64,000 nt of DNA from Eledone cirrhosa (taxonomy: Eukaryota): assembly GCA_964016885.1 (NCBI GenBank), contig OZ024743.1, forward strand, positions 120,714,001 to 120,778,000, read 5' to 3'. Each line of letters begins with the position of its first letter. Position 1 is the first letter of the stretch. Of the stretch, positions 41,811-56,868 are shown one piece after another. The notes beneath the pieces are model-generated. The model did not search any database and had not been told where the DNA came from. It was given only the letters and a program-made list of their open reading frames with translations. The position numbers were made by a program, and so were the translations under genes.

Positions 41811-41907
41811 GGTCCTTATAACTATCTACTATTATTCGCTAATATCTCATGTATAACTTTCTTTTCATCTGATTGTATATTTCTTAGCTCTCTCTTTCTC
41901 ACTCTCT

Positions 41908-42064
<157 letters not shown>

Positions 42065-43227
42065 GTTATATTAAAACGTGACTGTGCTCAAGTTTAGTTT
42101 TGTATATTGAGAATGTATTCATATTCTATCATTTCTATCATATGTTCTTTATGTTTGGTTTGGAACAAGAGCTTTCCTAAATCCGTTAGTATATTGACAT
42201 TTTAATTTATCCACAACAACATAGTTCAGAATATGAATGATGGTAGTAGTGATACTGCACAGTGGTCGCAAAGTACTATGGGAGTATAACTCCGATCAAA
42301 GATGTCGGACTTAAAAACTAATATATAGTATAATTAATTGTACGTATTATCTGTGCATTCGTTTTAGTTTATAATTCGATATTAGTGTAGCCGTTTTATG
42401 TGGGACGGTGTATATGCATATCCAACAAAAGAAACACCCTTATATGCCTAGAATCTTTATTAAAAAGCTCCTATTGGCATGTACAATGGCGGTTTATTAC
42501 GCTACCCACAAGTGAGCTTCTGCACACAGAAGTGTGGTGTAATGATAGGTCTTTACTCGAGTCCACATTCACGGAATTCTACACTTCTAAAGTTGCCTTT
42601 ACATTCACGCTATCTATACAAAGTATATCGGGATATATTTATTGTGAATGACACTGATAAACAGACTGATTGTCTTAAAGATTATCTCGGAAATAATTCA
42701 AATTCCGATATTCACAATCTAACATAGCAACAACTCAGACTCAGTTTAGAATAAAGACCCATTCTTAAACATAGATGTAGGTATAACGAACAGCAGACAT
42801 AACCTGTCTGTGTACATAAAACACGAAAATAAAGGGCACTGAAGAAGTGAGAACACATGTGGGTAGAAAATATTTGTAGTTAAATCTCTGTTTAGACAAG
42901 CTTTAAGTAAGGAGATCTCACAAAATTTAACCTTTACCGAATCCATTAGTAGACTAAGCAATAAAACAATCCAAGAACAAATTTGCGCCAACTGATTTAA
43001 TGGAGGTAGCACCCAGAAAAATACACAGCCATACATACAAGAAACAAATGCACCCTAATTACTGAATAGTTGAATGTGAAGAGGATGCTGTAAAGTCTTT
43101 CAAACGTTGTTTCGAATGCATTTGTTCCAGATCAAATATAAAAGAAAGAGTTTTAGTAAATTCAATCAAACATGAGCACGGTCGTGGTTTTAATATAGTA
43201 TCCATGAAAGGAAAAAAAAACGATGTT

Positions 43228-43346
43228 ATATATATATATATATATGTGTGTGTATGTATGTATGTATGTATGTATGTATGTATGTATGTATGTATGTATG
43301 TATGTATGTATGTATGTATGTATGTATGTATGTATGCGTGTGTGTA
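43228..43346. repeat. (TA)n/(TATG)n microsatellite
   Basis: Direct reading. Confidence 0.95.
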
Positions 43347-44194
43347 TTTGAAAAGAGGAAAAGAATGACACTTTTAGTTGGCATTCTATAACTTTAATTC
43401 TATAATTTTACAATTTTGCTATATAGATCTAATAAGTTCTTTGTTAATTTCGGTGGAAAGTTTTTAAAAATCCTGCTTAACTTTCTAGAGAAATTTCTCG
43501 CATTCGTCCAAACGCTCTGTATTGTTTAATCGAATTAACTTTTACAGCTAGTCATATACGAACAACTGTAACATAAAGTGACATTTCTTTTTACTGAATT
43601 TTAATACACACTTCAGTCATTTATTCTCGACTAACTCTATCTTGAAAATACTTTCTATTAATGGGTTCTTTATTAATTCTTTAGCTATGCTTTATAGAAT
43701 CTTTATTCTAATTCTTTAACATTTTATACTAATTTGAAATTTCTTAAAAGTTCTGCAAAATATGTTCTATACATGAGCGTGCATTTTAACAAGTTTTAAA
43801 GATCACAGTATAGGTTTTATAGATTAACGCTGACAATTTAGTATTCATTTTCCTTCCTTTATTAGCGTTTATATATCCATTTACATCAACTTTTACTACA
43901 TTTATTTTACTATGTTATGTATTCAATTCCAACAATTCTACTTGACCACCATTTATATAGAATTAAATACAGTATATGACTAATAAATACACATGCAAAG
44001 GAGGGAACGCCTATGCAGTCACTCGATTTTCTAGAAACAGCGGCAAAATCCCCCCCTAAAGCCACCCAACTGTCTTAAAAACACTAGTGGATTTACAGGA
44101 TAAAGCAGCGCTAGTTATTCTGCTAGAAAGAAAGGAGATGATGGGCATGACTGGAATACCTTTTATGATAAGTTTGCTTATAGAAGAAGAATAA

Positions 44195-44381
44195 ATAATT
44201 GTTTCTACTTTTGGCACAAGGCCAGCAATTACCCAGTACATTACTGGTACTTTATTTTATCGACCCCGTAAGGATGAAAGGCAAAGTTAACCTCGGCGGG
44301 ATTTGAACTCAGATCGTAAAGGGACGTAACTCTTTGCGTCAAGCATGGCGTCCGACTCTCTACTGATACTGCCAATCCACC
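44195..44381 (-). mobile_element. SINE family A
   Basis: Full-length reverse complement copy; aaataat on both flanks. Confidence 0.9.
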
Positions 44382-47300
44382 GAAATAATGTATAGACCCC
44401 AAAGGATGCAGCGTATACCAATTGAAACGGGATTTGAAATATTATAGATGGTAAAAGCTAAATACAGCTTCAAGTGGTTAACCATTTCATCGAACATGCT
44501 GTCATCATACAAAACAATTAATTATTTACTGCATCGAGAATTGCTTTCAGATTTATATACTCGATAGAACGAACCTCACTTTATTACCAAGGGCGATCTC
44601 ATTTCAGGAGCTTTGAAATTACTAACAATGTGCGATGGACCATAATTTAGCACGTTGCTTGGAAACGTATTATGTAAGAAAATCCAATACAAGTGTAAGG
44701 GCGAGGAAGTTCCTGGACGTCAATTGTTTGGGTTAAGAGAATTGAGTATAGTGTTTAATGTGATGTCAAGAAGGTGAGGCATAATGAGGATGGAGAAAAA
44801 AGGGTAACGACTACAACTGGACACGAATTTCATTTAGATACTTTAGCGAAGGTGGGGCTGTTTCAATAGCAATATAATATGCAGAGAAGAAATGGTGTAT
44901 CTATGCGGAAGTATTTTAAAGAACTTAGTAATTGAATCTATGAAAAATACTCGAGTGATGTAATGTATTGTTTTAAAATTCAATCTATGGTATGATTCCA
45001 TGTATATAGCAGCAACACCGTGCTATGAATATGAATAATACTCTAGAGTGAGTCCTACTTTAACTTTGCGGAAGCTTAGAAACTCATAATTGCTTAAAAA
45101 CTTCTTGATTCTAAAGAGGAATCCTAGTAGTTTGGAAATTGTTATAGGTGGGTTCACAATGCAATAACCATACAGATGTTGTGCCCTCCCCCATTTATAG
45201 TAATGTGCGCATTATTTATAACCATAGAGTAAAATAAGCAGGAAAATAAGTAGCAGACAGACATATGAATGCACAGAAGATTCTATTGTTAAATGTGTGA
45301 GCTAAGTAGTTCATTAAAACGTATAAAGGATAGTTGGGAGATATTACCAAAAAGAGGCTATACTTGAGGTAATATAATCTAGACTGGAGAGAACTATGCA
45401 ATTGAGTGTATATAATAGGTAAGAAATCTAGTTTGAGGCATTGCTAATGTCAAGTGCAAGAAAATAAATTTTACCGAAGTTTTCAACGGTGACCGACTAC
45501 TAGCAAGAGACCAAAGAAGACCAAACATCGTCAAGCCATTCACTATAGGAACAGAATTTATACCATAGTAACCTGCTCATGTATTAGCGAAAGGTGACAG
45601 TTATCACATTCGCAATGGTCTTATAGCTTCGGGAATTTGAAAGCCTCACGCTATTATTAGTCGTTGAAAATAAGTTGGGGGCATCTGACCTTTTGATAGG
45701 TATTGTATTCTTTTTACCATCAGTGTGTCTTAAACCTGTGTTGAAACGTGCAAGCTTCTGCGATTCCATGAAGTAGAAACCTCTGAACAATTCACACAAC
45801 CTTAAATATGGTTGTTATGTAACTATTCTTTGTAGCTCATTTTATTTGTCGTGTCTAAGCAGGTAATTTGCTATACGCAACGTTCTTTAGTTAGTCTGTT
45901 GTCCTTATAAGAGTACAACTTTCTCTTCAGTCTTATTGTTCTAAGCCCTGACGTTCTTAGGACAATATACACTTGTATGTTCCAAAGGAACCGTTATTGT
46001 TTCCCAAACGATGCTATTTAGCGTTATACCTGAATTGGATTATCATACGTGCTTTTTCCCAGCGCTTTTGATATTAAAATTCTTTTGTCAATGTTTGAAA
46101 TTTGGATGTACAGAGTGCATGTTTTCTGGATTCTTTTCCACCAACATATAAGTGTATATGTCTACACAGGCGGGTTTGTGTGTCAAAGGACCCTGGAACA
46201 TTGTTATCAAATCCAAATAAATGGTATTTATTGTAAAAGAATACTGATATAGACAATATAAATAAACCCTTAATTAATAATTTTGTCTGGTGGTAACCAC
46301 AAATAAGTATAGCAGCGATACGTATATTACACAATTGTGGCCTCAATACATTTACAATAGGCACAGAGTCACTAAATCACCATTGTGGATGCAATTGTGG
46401 ATGAATTGCAGAGCGCATGCGCATTTTATACTTGGGAATATAACATCACGAGAAATTATAAGGCAGAAAACATTTTAAGGAAAGAATAACTGAGGAAAAT
46501 ACTCTGGGACACCTACTGCATGAAAAATTAATAGTGAAACAATAAACACTAATTCACCTACTACTGAAACAGTCAGACACAGAGGAAAAAAATAGTGATC
46601 CAATAAACCTTAATCTATCCGCAACTAAAACTGTCACACGCAATAGAAGAATTAGTCGTAAACCAGCTTACCAAACAACAAACTATCAACGTTAGATGCC
46701 AATCTAAATCTTGCTGCATTGTTTACATTGCTATATTTGAAATCGCCAAACACTATGATTACGAAAGAAAAAAGAAAGAATATCGGGTGGGTTTTTGATT
46801 TAATATAGTACTGAAGCAGCTAACGACAGGTAAAACTTTAGTACGCAGACAGTCTGATTTTGTCCTGGACGTTAAAGTATTAACGGTGGACTCGATATCC
46901 TCAGGATATTCTTCTGGCTAGTCATAATTATAAGGAATTTCTGTTATCATAAGCCTACCATTTTCCCTCTTCTTTGTCTGAAGTAATTGCAACGTCTTTT
47001 ATGAAAAATTTCCCTTTTACCATTTCATGTATAAAGATATATACAGTGTTCAGCAATTGTATTTTTCTGAGTGTCAAACTCCAATAGAAACTTTGATTTA
47101 ACAGATTCATTTAGAGTCCTTTTCGTACATGATTGTACTTTTTGTCTTAAGTGTTATATCGAATTGTTTTGCACAGTGATCAGCGAAAATTTAGGTAAGC
47201 GGTCACATACCGCCGCTTGAATTATTTGTTCGCAGAAGTCTTAAAACCTGTTACAATATGATCAATATCTGCCAGTCGCCCATTACATAGGCAGCATTTA

Positions 47301-47499
47301 TTTGTTAAATTGGTGGTAATAAATATCCCTATTTCCTGAGATATTATTTAGTACGTCATCTTCAGGAAAAACCATGAAACTTTCTTCCTGACTTTTACAT
47401 TTTCACATTACAACGACTACAAAGAAGGTGTATGAATTTTCGCATTCTTGGTATCTCTGTGGAACTATATAACTGCATTTCCTCCAGTGGTTTATCAAA

Positions 47500-48590
47500 C
47501 ATTGAACTTAATGCTAGTATTAAAATAGTACCTATTTGAATTATAAATTACAGCTTGAATATGAACTGGAATTTTATGAAATTACTAAACGCGTTCTTAA
47601 GCTACAACCCGAATGCAAATGAAGAGGAGTATGTCTATCCTACGCGAAGGGATGGCATGGGCTGATGCAAGCAAAACGTTGCTCCAAAATAACAAGCGTA
47701 GAACTAGAAAAATACTTAGAAAAAAGCAGAGGACGAGTGATATGTGTAATAAGGATACATGAATTGTAAAAAGAAATTAACTACACTGAAACAACAAAAT
47801 CTAGAAAAGAATATCTAGAAAAGATAAAAGACTAACAAAACAAACAAACATATTAAAGAGGAATTACATCATATAAAGAAGACGAAATGGAGAAAACAAC
47901 CATTCTAAAGTCAATAATCCCAGAAGGTTCAAAAGAGAAGTAAGCCAGAGTAAAGATCAACAATTGTTCAAAAGCTCTGAACTAAAACTAGGAACAAGTC
48001 CAATGTCTGGCCACAAAACAATTACAAAAATATTATAGTGAAAGCAGATCCTAACATCAAATACAGAATTTGTAGCCAATATAACGAGACAGTTGCCAAG
48101 TCTGAATATATACACAGACACAATCGATTTGGTAGCTATATCAGCTATATCGACGAGACAATATACCAACACTTTACGTGAAAACGAGCAATAGGAGCTA
48201 TAAACAAGAACCAAACACGGTACAAGACAGCAACCTGTTAACAATCATCTGAGATATGCCTATCCAAACTAATAAGGAGATAAAGGTCAACCATTCTGGT
48301 ATAATAATGAAGGATTAGATCGAATATACATGCACAGCGATCGATATTGTATTCTATTCTGAACAAAATATTAGTTGAAAGGAGGTGGAAAAACTGTCAA
48401 AATACAAGGATCACGATACAGATATAAACAGGGATGTGAAGGTAAAAAATTGTGCTAATAAAAATTGGATCACCAGGTAGAAAAAAATTATGAACAAAAA
48501 CATACAAACCATACCAGGGGTAACGACATTATACACTGTACCAAGAATACATCTAGTTGGTACAGCTCACATCTTCGTTGATTCAATAGT
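47500..48590 (+). mobile_element. Highly degraded R4/Dong-like fragment
   Basis: gtctatcctacgcgaagggatggcatgggctgatgcaa (cf. LYLPRKEGGRGL) and ctagttggtacagctcacatctt (LVGTAHIL). Confidence 0.5.
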
Positions 48591-50992
48591 ACAATCTCCA
48601 TATACAATATACACCACATAAATTAAACACTAACAAATAACATGTAATATTACGTAAGTGATACCCGACACTTCAACATCAAAACCAACACAACCAGCAT
48701 TCTAGACAATCAACTCATTAAGGTTACACAAGCCGCACAACACATACCTGATACTGATTCACATAAAACAGATTGCACACATACAAACATATTTACCACC
48801 ACAAAAGTCATTTTACACGTATTCAATAATAATAACAACAAAAACAACAGCAACAGCAAAAACAACAACAACAACAACAATAACAACAACAACAACAATT
48901 ATAATAATAATAAGTAGAAGAGTTTTCGTTGAAGAAACGACTGAAAGGTCAAATCAAGGAAATGAGAAAAGACATTGGAAAGCTTGAGTCTTAACTAAAT
49001 GGGATAGATTGAAAATAAAATATAACACTAAAGGAAAAGAGCTAAATGTTATCATAGAGAAAATTAAGAAACGCATTGTAGCAAAAAGCACAAAGATTAA
49101 ACGATATGAGAACAGAGTTAGTCAGTATAGACAGAACCACATGTTTGGCAAACAGAAGATTTGAACAGCTTGAAGGGAGAGAAAGAGGTAACGACGTGAT
49201 CCCTGAAGTTGAATAGAATAAAGCATTTTGGAGAGGAATATGGGTGCAGAATGTTGAACATAATAGTCAGGCAGTGTGGATTGAAACAGTTAAAAAGTGG
49301 ATTGGTGAACAAGCACACCAGCAACCTAATTTGAGTATTACACCTGAAACTCTTAAAATGCAGGCCAATAAACTAACCAACTGGAAATCACCAGGCTTAG
49401 AAAGGTGTGCAAGGATATTGGTTAAAAAGTATAACATCCCTCCACCCCAAACGAACAGCCATGTTCAATGACTGTTTGGTGTCGGGTGAAGTACCAGAGG
49501 GGTTGACAAAAGGTACCACAGTTCTGGTAATGAAAGACCGAATCAAGGATAATGAGGTCACCAATGAGGTAAACAACTTATTGCCGGAATGAACAGAAAA
49601 GATGCCGAAAAAAGTCCCTTGGTACAAAAGACCAATTACTTATTGATAAGATGGGCATACGGAATTGCAAGAGGAGGCATACTGGTCTTGTCATGGGATG
49701 GATAGATTACAAAAAGGCATTCGACATGGTTCCTTATTCTTGAATAAACAAAAGCCAAGAGATCTTCAAGGTGGCAGACAATATCAGGCAGCTATTAAGT
49801 AAAAGTATGAAGTCCTGGGAAACAAAGCTAACATCAAGTGGAGATTCCTTGGGAGGCGTGAAGATCAAAAGAGGTAGATAGTTTGTCCCCTTTGTTGTTT
49901 TTCCTTACCCTCATAACCATATCCCTCATATTGCGAAAAGTGACAGCAGGATCCAAGCTGGGAAGAGGAGAGCTTACCATCAATCACCCCCTCTTCATGG
50001 ACGATCTGAAACTCTTTGGGAAAAGTGAGGAGTTAGATCTACTTGTTAACACTCCGTATTTTCAGCAATGATATATGTATAGAGTTTGGTGTTAATAAGT
50101 GTGGAGTCCTAGTGATGAAGAGGTGTAAATTGAACAGAAGCAACGGAATCTGCTACCAACAGGTGAGATAATAAAGGAAATCGGCACTGAAGAGGGATAC
50201 AAATATTGGGGTGTTCTGGAGGCAGATGGCAAGAACAAAAAAATGAAGGAATTGATAAGATCTGAGAATATTAGGAGAGTAAGGAACATACTAAAATCAC
50301 ATCTAAATAGTAGGAATGTTATAAGTGCAGTAAATTTCCGAGCTGTGTCTATTATTAGGTACAGTGCGGGAATTCTAAAATGGAATGTTACTGAACAAAA
50401 AGAAATGGATAGGAAGACTAGGAAGGTAATGACTACCTAAATCATGTTCCACAAGAGGAGTGATATTGATAGACTCTACTTGAAGAGATCTGAAGGTGGA
50501 AGAAGTCTTATCAGCAAAGAGGACTGTGTTCAGACGGAGAAAAGCAGTCTACACAAATATGTGTCTGAGAGTAAGGAGCCAATGCTCAATGTTGTACTGA
50601 AGGAGAAGACAATAGACCAGGGCATGTTCAAAGAGGAAATACCAACAAAGAGGAAGAGCAACCTTCATGAAAAATCTCATAGCAAATAGAAAATTAACCG
50701 ATACCAAGATTTAAATTGGGAATTGAAAATGATTTGGGACTGTTATGAGATCAAGGTCGACCCGATTGTCATTGGAGCACTAGGTACTATCTCAAAGAGT
50801 TTTCAATGGTGGTTAAAGAACATTAGTCCTTCCCCCTTTTTTGGAACACTTCAAAAAGCATGCTTGCTGGGAACAGCAACCACCGTCCTGAATAACTGAG
50901 GCTGCAGCTAGCGACTTCATGTTCATTTGAACAAACTTTCCAGTTAAATAACATCAATGACTGAGACTCCAAGCAATAATGATAATAATAAT

Positions 50993-51202
50993 GGTTTCTA
51001 CTAAAGGCACAAGACCAGTAAATTGGGGAGAGGGACAAGTCGATTAAATCGATCCCAGTTCATTAATGGTGCTTTATTTTATCGACCCCGTAAGGATGAA
51101 AGGCAAAGTTAATCTCGCCGGGATTTGAACTCAGAATGTAAAGGACCATAACTCAATGCCACAAAGCATGGTGTCCGACGCTCTAGCGATACTGCCAATC
51201 CA
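50993..51202 (-). mobile_element. SINE family A inside the Dong stack
   Basis: Reverse complement consensus with (AAT)n on both sides. Confidence 0.9.
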
Positions 51203-51434
51203 CAATAATAATAATAAAATAATACATCCACAGATACGATAGAGTAGGGACTTGCACTGGAAATTATGCTAACATTATGAAATACCAACAGACAAAAGAT
51301 GGTACAGACACACCAGAAAAGGTATCAGAGAGGGTCAAAGCAAACATTCTCTCGGATATATCAATGCATAAAGACAGAGAGATCAAAGCAAATCGACCAG
51401 ATATTATAGACAAAGACAACAAAGAAAGAAAAAC

Positions 51435-51657
51435 GTGTGGTTAGAATGTCCCAGGAAAGAAACGCTGGAGAGATTTTGCGAGCAAAATCAGCCGGCAGGA
51501 GACCCTGAGCAAAATGGTTGGATAACATCGATGTGGTTGGCTTGTCTTGCTTGGGGATCCAGCTGGATCAGTTGGAGACGGTTGCTCCTGATAGAACTCA
51601 CTGGAATGAGTGTTTGAGGACCCTGCCCTCACGACCCGCTCAGGAATAAGTTGACGA
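51435..51657 (+). mobile_element. RTE-like LINE 3' end
   Basis: RMSQERNAGEILRAKSAGRRP..KWLDNI followed by (AAT)n. Confidence 0.55.
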
Positions 51658-54049
51658 ATAATAATAATAATAATAAGAAGAATCGCCATAGACGACAATA
51701 TATCTCCCAAGGAAATGAAGAAACTATCTAAATATAAAGTTCTAGAGATAAAAATAACCTGAATGTGGATGATGAAGACAGAAACAATAACTATAATTAT
51801 AGGTGCTCTGGGAAAGATGAAGAAAGCATGCAGACAGATATATATATTCAAAACACCAGAGCTTACAAATAGATGCAGCATTCAAAAAATTACATTATTA
51901 GGAACCGCACACATTACTCACAAAACAATAAAAACAACAGCACCAAAACCCGCATTGCACATACAATGATAATAATGAAATGTAAGAGGAGGCATATTGG
52001 TTATGCCAAGGGATGAATAGATTACAAGAAAGCATTCCACATGGTTCCTCATTCTTGGATAACCAAGTGTTTGGAAATCTTCAAGGTCAGACTGTTATTA
52101 AGTAATAGCATGAAGATCTGGGAGACAGAGCTAACATCAGGAGGAGGATTTTTGGGAGGAATGAAAATCAACCGAGGCATCTTCCAAGGAAATAGTCTAT
52201 CCCATTTATTGTTTGTACTTACCCTCACACCTTTTTCTCTCTTATTGTGAAGAGTAAAGGCAGGATACGAACTGGGAGAAGGAGAGCTTACCATCAACCA
52301 CCTTCTCTTCATGTGCAACCTAAAACTCTTCGGGAAAAGCGAGAAACAGTTGGATGTACTTGTTAACACTGTTGTTCATGTTTTCAGTAATGATATATAT
52401 ATGGAATTTTGTGTTAATAAGTGTGGAGTCCTAGTGATGAGTAGAGGTAAATCGAATAGAAGCGAATGAGTAGTCGAGGTACCAACAGGTGACATGATAA
52501 AGGAGATCGACAACAAAGAGGGATATAGTGATTTGGGTTTTCTAGAGATAGATAACATCAAGGATGATAAAATGAAGATGACAAGATCTGAATACATAAG
52601 TAGAGTAAGGAACATACTAAAATCACATCTAAATAGTAGAAATGCCAAGTGCAGTAAATTCCCGAGCTGTGTCTATTATTAGGTACACTGCGGGTATTCT
52701 TAAATGGAATGTAAACGAGCAAAAAGAACTGGATAGAAGGACATGGAAATTAATGACTATCTACAGTATGCTTCATAAGGATGGTTATGTTGATAGACTA
52801 TACATGAGGAGGTGCGAAGGTGGAGGAGGTCTAATCAGCGTGGAGGACTATGTTCAGCTGAAGAATATATATTTAAACAAATGAAACAATACCTGAGAGT
52901 AACAAGCCAATCCTTAAGGCAGTATTGGAGGAGGAGACACAAGACCGAGGATGTCAAAGAAAGAAGTAATGAGAAAGAGAAAGAACAACCTGAAGGCTAT
53001 GTTCCGAATGTGGTTGATGAAAAAATGAAACAATACCTATAATAATCGGTGCTTTGGGAATGATTAAAAAAAACACAAACAGATACATAACAAAAATCCC
53101 AGGACTCACAAATATTTACAAGATACAAAAAAATAATAACATTACTAGACACTGCTCATATATTACGAAGCATATTCTCAATACAATAGAAAAAACCAGA
53201 CTGCACATACCCAAGGTACACAGAGCTGTGCCAAGTAACGCTGTGATGACGCACAATAAAAATAAGAGCTTGTATAAAATATATGGATATTTATGTGCAG
53301 AAAAAATTATGAACATTGTGCCACAAATGTGATAAAGCTCTTATGGGACTTTCTATTTAGACCGAGTTGAAGAGTGAACACAAAAAACCAGATATTGGAG
53401 TAATTGATTCAGCGTGTTTTTTTGACACCAGAATTGAACGAAAGCAGAAGGAGAATGTAGGGGTATATGTCGACTGAAAATATGAGCTCTTGAAATGCTG
53501 GAGTAATGAAATGAAGACAGTCACTATTTTCCAAGTGGTAATTGGTGCTCTTGGCATTGTGGCAAATAACCTAGAAAACTATATGTCGAATATAGATTTT
53601 ACACCAAGGATTGAACCGTTCCAGAAAACACGCACAACTGGGAAAGCTCAAATATTGAACAGCACTAGTAAAATGACAAAGAATGATATGAAAAATATGG
53701 AATTACTCAAAGTTACTTGTAGCCCGGTATTCCGAAAAATAACCGATCTAAATCAGCAACAAAGTTGGTCATAATATATAGTCAAATAATAAAAATAATA
53801 ATAGTGCGTAAAAAGTAAATAATATTAATAATACTGATTATTTACTGTAAGATTCCATTCATTCAAAATATGTTACATGTAGGGTACGCAATACGCATGA
53901 CCATGTATGAGAAATTGTACTACACATGAAGCGTTATATAATACATCGAGACGAAAAAATTGTCAAACATAGAAATTAAACAACATATATGAATTTTTAT
54001 GTATCTATATAAACTACAAACAAATAAATAAATATAAATTACAATTGGT

Positions 54050-54310
54050 GCCAATCAACTGCTAGTTGAAACAGTAAGGAAAAGGAAACTTCAGTATTTT
54101 CGTCATGTCATGACGGCTCAAAATTTGACTACTCACATCAGTGAGGGACGAATGCAGGGAAAAGGGTCACGGTACGGCAGAAAAAGAAATGTGCAGATGG
54201 GGGTTTGGCGGAATGTACGGCAATGGAAAGAGACAGCAAATGATGGAGAGTGCTGGTCCATAAATTCATGACATCCGACACTCAGATATAAGGGTGGGAT
54301 GAGAAGGAAG
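54050..54310 (+). mobile_element. RTE-like LINE 3' fragment
   Basis: RKRKLQYFRHVMTAQNLTTHISEGRMQGKGSR. Confidence 0.6.
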
Positions 54311-54797
54311 GAAATTAAAACAAATCACCACAATTTTTTTACTAACATTCTAACATGTTATAGGAAAGAATCTTCTCAATCAGTAACACATTTATTCTTC
54401 TTTGATTGATTTATCATCACCCTTAAATCATAGCAAGTGACTACAAGGACTGTGAATTTCATGTTACTTCAAGAGGGAGGTGAATCCTCCATATTTGAAT
54501 CGCAGACAGCATTTTTTTTTCTGTGGGTAGTGGGGATATTAAAACAAATAATAATTGTAAATATCCACGTTGTTCAACATCACATAGACATGCATGATAC
54601 AGATAAATACTTCAAGACAATCAAAACATTTTCTTTAGTTTATGTGTATGTAAGTAATGCAGGTGGTTTGTGTAAGAGCAAACAGATAAATGAATGAATA
54701 AAGGTCTCTTCTGGGTGTATACCTGAGCATGTATATATGTATATATATAAATAATATATTAACGTTTAAGCAAAGAATCTTTGATTTCACCCATAAC

Positions 54798-54841
<44 letters not shown>

Positions 54842-54845
<4 letters not shown>

Positions 54846-55740
54846 TGTAATAAACAACATAAGATAATTAATTCATTTACCAAAGGTTTCACGAACACAG
54901 ACGAGCTTGATACTTACGTCAGCCTTCAATCATCAGAAATAATTTATTAAAATGGAAGATGGATATGGATTTGAAAACAGAGTTTAAGATAAATGAAAGT
55001 GGAGCACTCTCTTTTCCTTTACCTTTCCTACGGAAATACTTCATATATATATATGTGTGTGTGTGTATGTATTTACGCGGGTGTATAGATAGATACACAA
55101 TGCGATTAAATTAAAATAAATTCAATCAGCGAACAAATAACTGTGAGCTTTGAGCTTTGTTTTTGGATAGAGTATTAAAGTTTTCTGTTGATGGTGATTT
55201 CGGATAAAATATCCCCTATCAGATATGTTGTATATTTATTGTATGGCTTGACAGATCAGAGAATCGGGCATTGTCACATTTCACCGAATTAATATGCTTC
55301 AATGCAGCCAAGTTACTCAGGCGGCTCAGTGATGTTTGAGTTTTTCAATTTAGTAGCTTCAGTAATAGGGCGGTTTATTCATCTGTGTGTTCCACTAGGA
55401 CTTGCATCGATACCTTTCTTCTAAATCATTCTCTATGCATGCTAGAACACCAGGTTAGGTGATGCTGCTTTATAAAATGTTCCGATGAAATCTAGTAAAG
55501 CCGATGTAATTTTCTTCGTATGTACAATTGATTTTATAAACAAAGTTGGTTTTCAAAAATATCGATTGTGCCTTGTTTAAAAAAATTGTATTTGGATATA
55601 ATCTGGTAGCATATGGGTAAGCGTGTGTTTTGCGTATTGTAGTTTTTGTTGCGCAACAGATACTTCCTAGGTTTGGACGACGTTTTGTCACTGTATCTGT
55701 AAGACCATAACTTCAATAATTTATATTCGTTCTGTTCTCT
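54842..55740 (-). mobile_element. Penelope-like element 3' remnant: GIY-YIG endonuclease, downstream hammerhead, ending at (TA)n
   Basis: ORF 55470-55691 contains NFVYKINCTYEENYIGFT (GIY-YIG pattern). A hammerhead fold lies on the same strand at 54872-54942; (TA)n at 54801-54841. Confidence 0.7.
54872..54942 (-). ncRNA. Type I hammerhead-like motif
   Basis: Minus strand ttt | CTGATGA | tt-gaaggctgacg...cgtctgtgttc-gt | GAA | ACC-TTT-GGT | A | aa. Core intact; stem I weak. Confidence 0.6.
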
Positions 55741-55960
55741 CTCTTGTTTTCTCTTTCTATCTCCCTCTCCCTTTCTGAATGCTAAGTCAAATCAAAGCAG
55801 TCTCAAGATTGGATGTTTACATTGGTGTAATATTTATGCCAAACGTGAAAGTCAGCACGGAAAACACAGTGCACACCGAGAGAATAGCCACATAACACAA
55901 CTTGTGTTGTCCTGTATTTTCCATGTAATATCTGTGGTTAGGCATTATATATTTTACAAA

Positions 55961-56117
55961 GGTGGATTGGCAGTATTGACGCATAGAGTTACGGCCCTTG
56001 CCATTCTGAGTTCAAATCCCGCCGAGGTTAACTTTGTCTTTCATCTTTACGGGGTTGATAAAATAAAGTACCTGTAATACACTGGGGTAATTGCTGCCCT
56101 TGTACCAAAAGTAGAAA
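55961..56117 (+). mobile_element. SINE family A with internal deletion
   Basis: ggtggattggcagtat...gttcaaatcccgccgaggttaac...gcccttgtaccaaaagtagaaa. Confidence 0.88.
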
Positions 56118-56702
56118 AGACACAGTAACGACGAATGGGTCCCTATAGAAAATTAGAATCTGGCACAAGAATGGTGAGATATCGAGAAGTATATCATGTC
56201 AAAAAGCAAACGGCTTCTTTTAAATAGAAGGTTGATGCAAATTTAAAATTCATTTTTGCTAGTGCAATAACGAGTATGAGGGCTGTAAATATTCAAATCT
56301 TAAAGAGGACGTGACCAAATATTTTATTCATAAAAAATCCTGTAATAACACCGTCCACGGAAAAGAAATTCAAACTGTTGCAGCCAAGTTTTCGAAGCTA
56401 GTGACATGGATTGATATAAAAATCATCATAGAATGGGTAATAAATTACCTTTACTGTAGACATCACCTTATCTACCGAGGGAATCGAACATTTCAGGATT
56501 AATTTAAAAGACTGAATCGATTTTCCAATCAGGATGGAATTGGATTCTATTCGCAGTCATTACCTCGGAATACTCAATATTTTAAGAATGACATTTTCAA
56601 ATTTAGTCACAAAATAGGGAAACATCATGTACAGTTCGTGGGTAGAACAGCACGTCCGCGATATTCGAAAAACATAATTTTCTATCATCCATTGCATTAT
56701 TA

Positions 56703-56868
56703 CTGTATTTTCCGGCGTTGAAGACGCTATTTTTCCCCTAAAATAAGTCTCAAAGAGCTATCATGCGTCCTGGAGGGCGAAGGTTGTTTATTATCTTTTC
56801 AAATTTTTGGTTGTCAAAATTAGGGTCCGTCCTCGAGGACGTAGCGTCTTCGGCGCCGGGAAATACGG
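56703..56868. mobile_element. MITE, Tc1/mariner-pogo type termini
   Basis: About 27-bp imperfect TIRs ctgtattttccggcgttgaagacgcta and tagcgtcttcggcgccgggaaatacgg; TA on the left flank, TT on the right. Confidence 0.75.

Larger units (their letters stand above)
48913..53790 (+). mobile_element. Second stack of degraded R4/Dong-like fragments at (TAA)n
   Basis: [56 protein letters not shown] and several IGALG/LLGTA ends; 50690-50970 is homologous to 28370-28661. Confidence 0.85.

Noticed and set aside
45841-45868. Second AG|GTAA recursive site
   Set aside because: Weak pyrimidine tract, competing upstream AG and non-consensus donor gtaatt.
42250-46000. Possible very old LINE remnants outside the SINE at 44195
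   Set aside because: Only isolated motif-like words; cannot assign a clade or boundaries.
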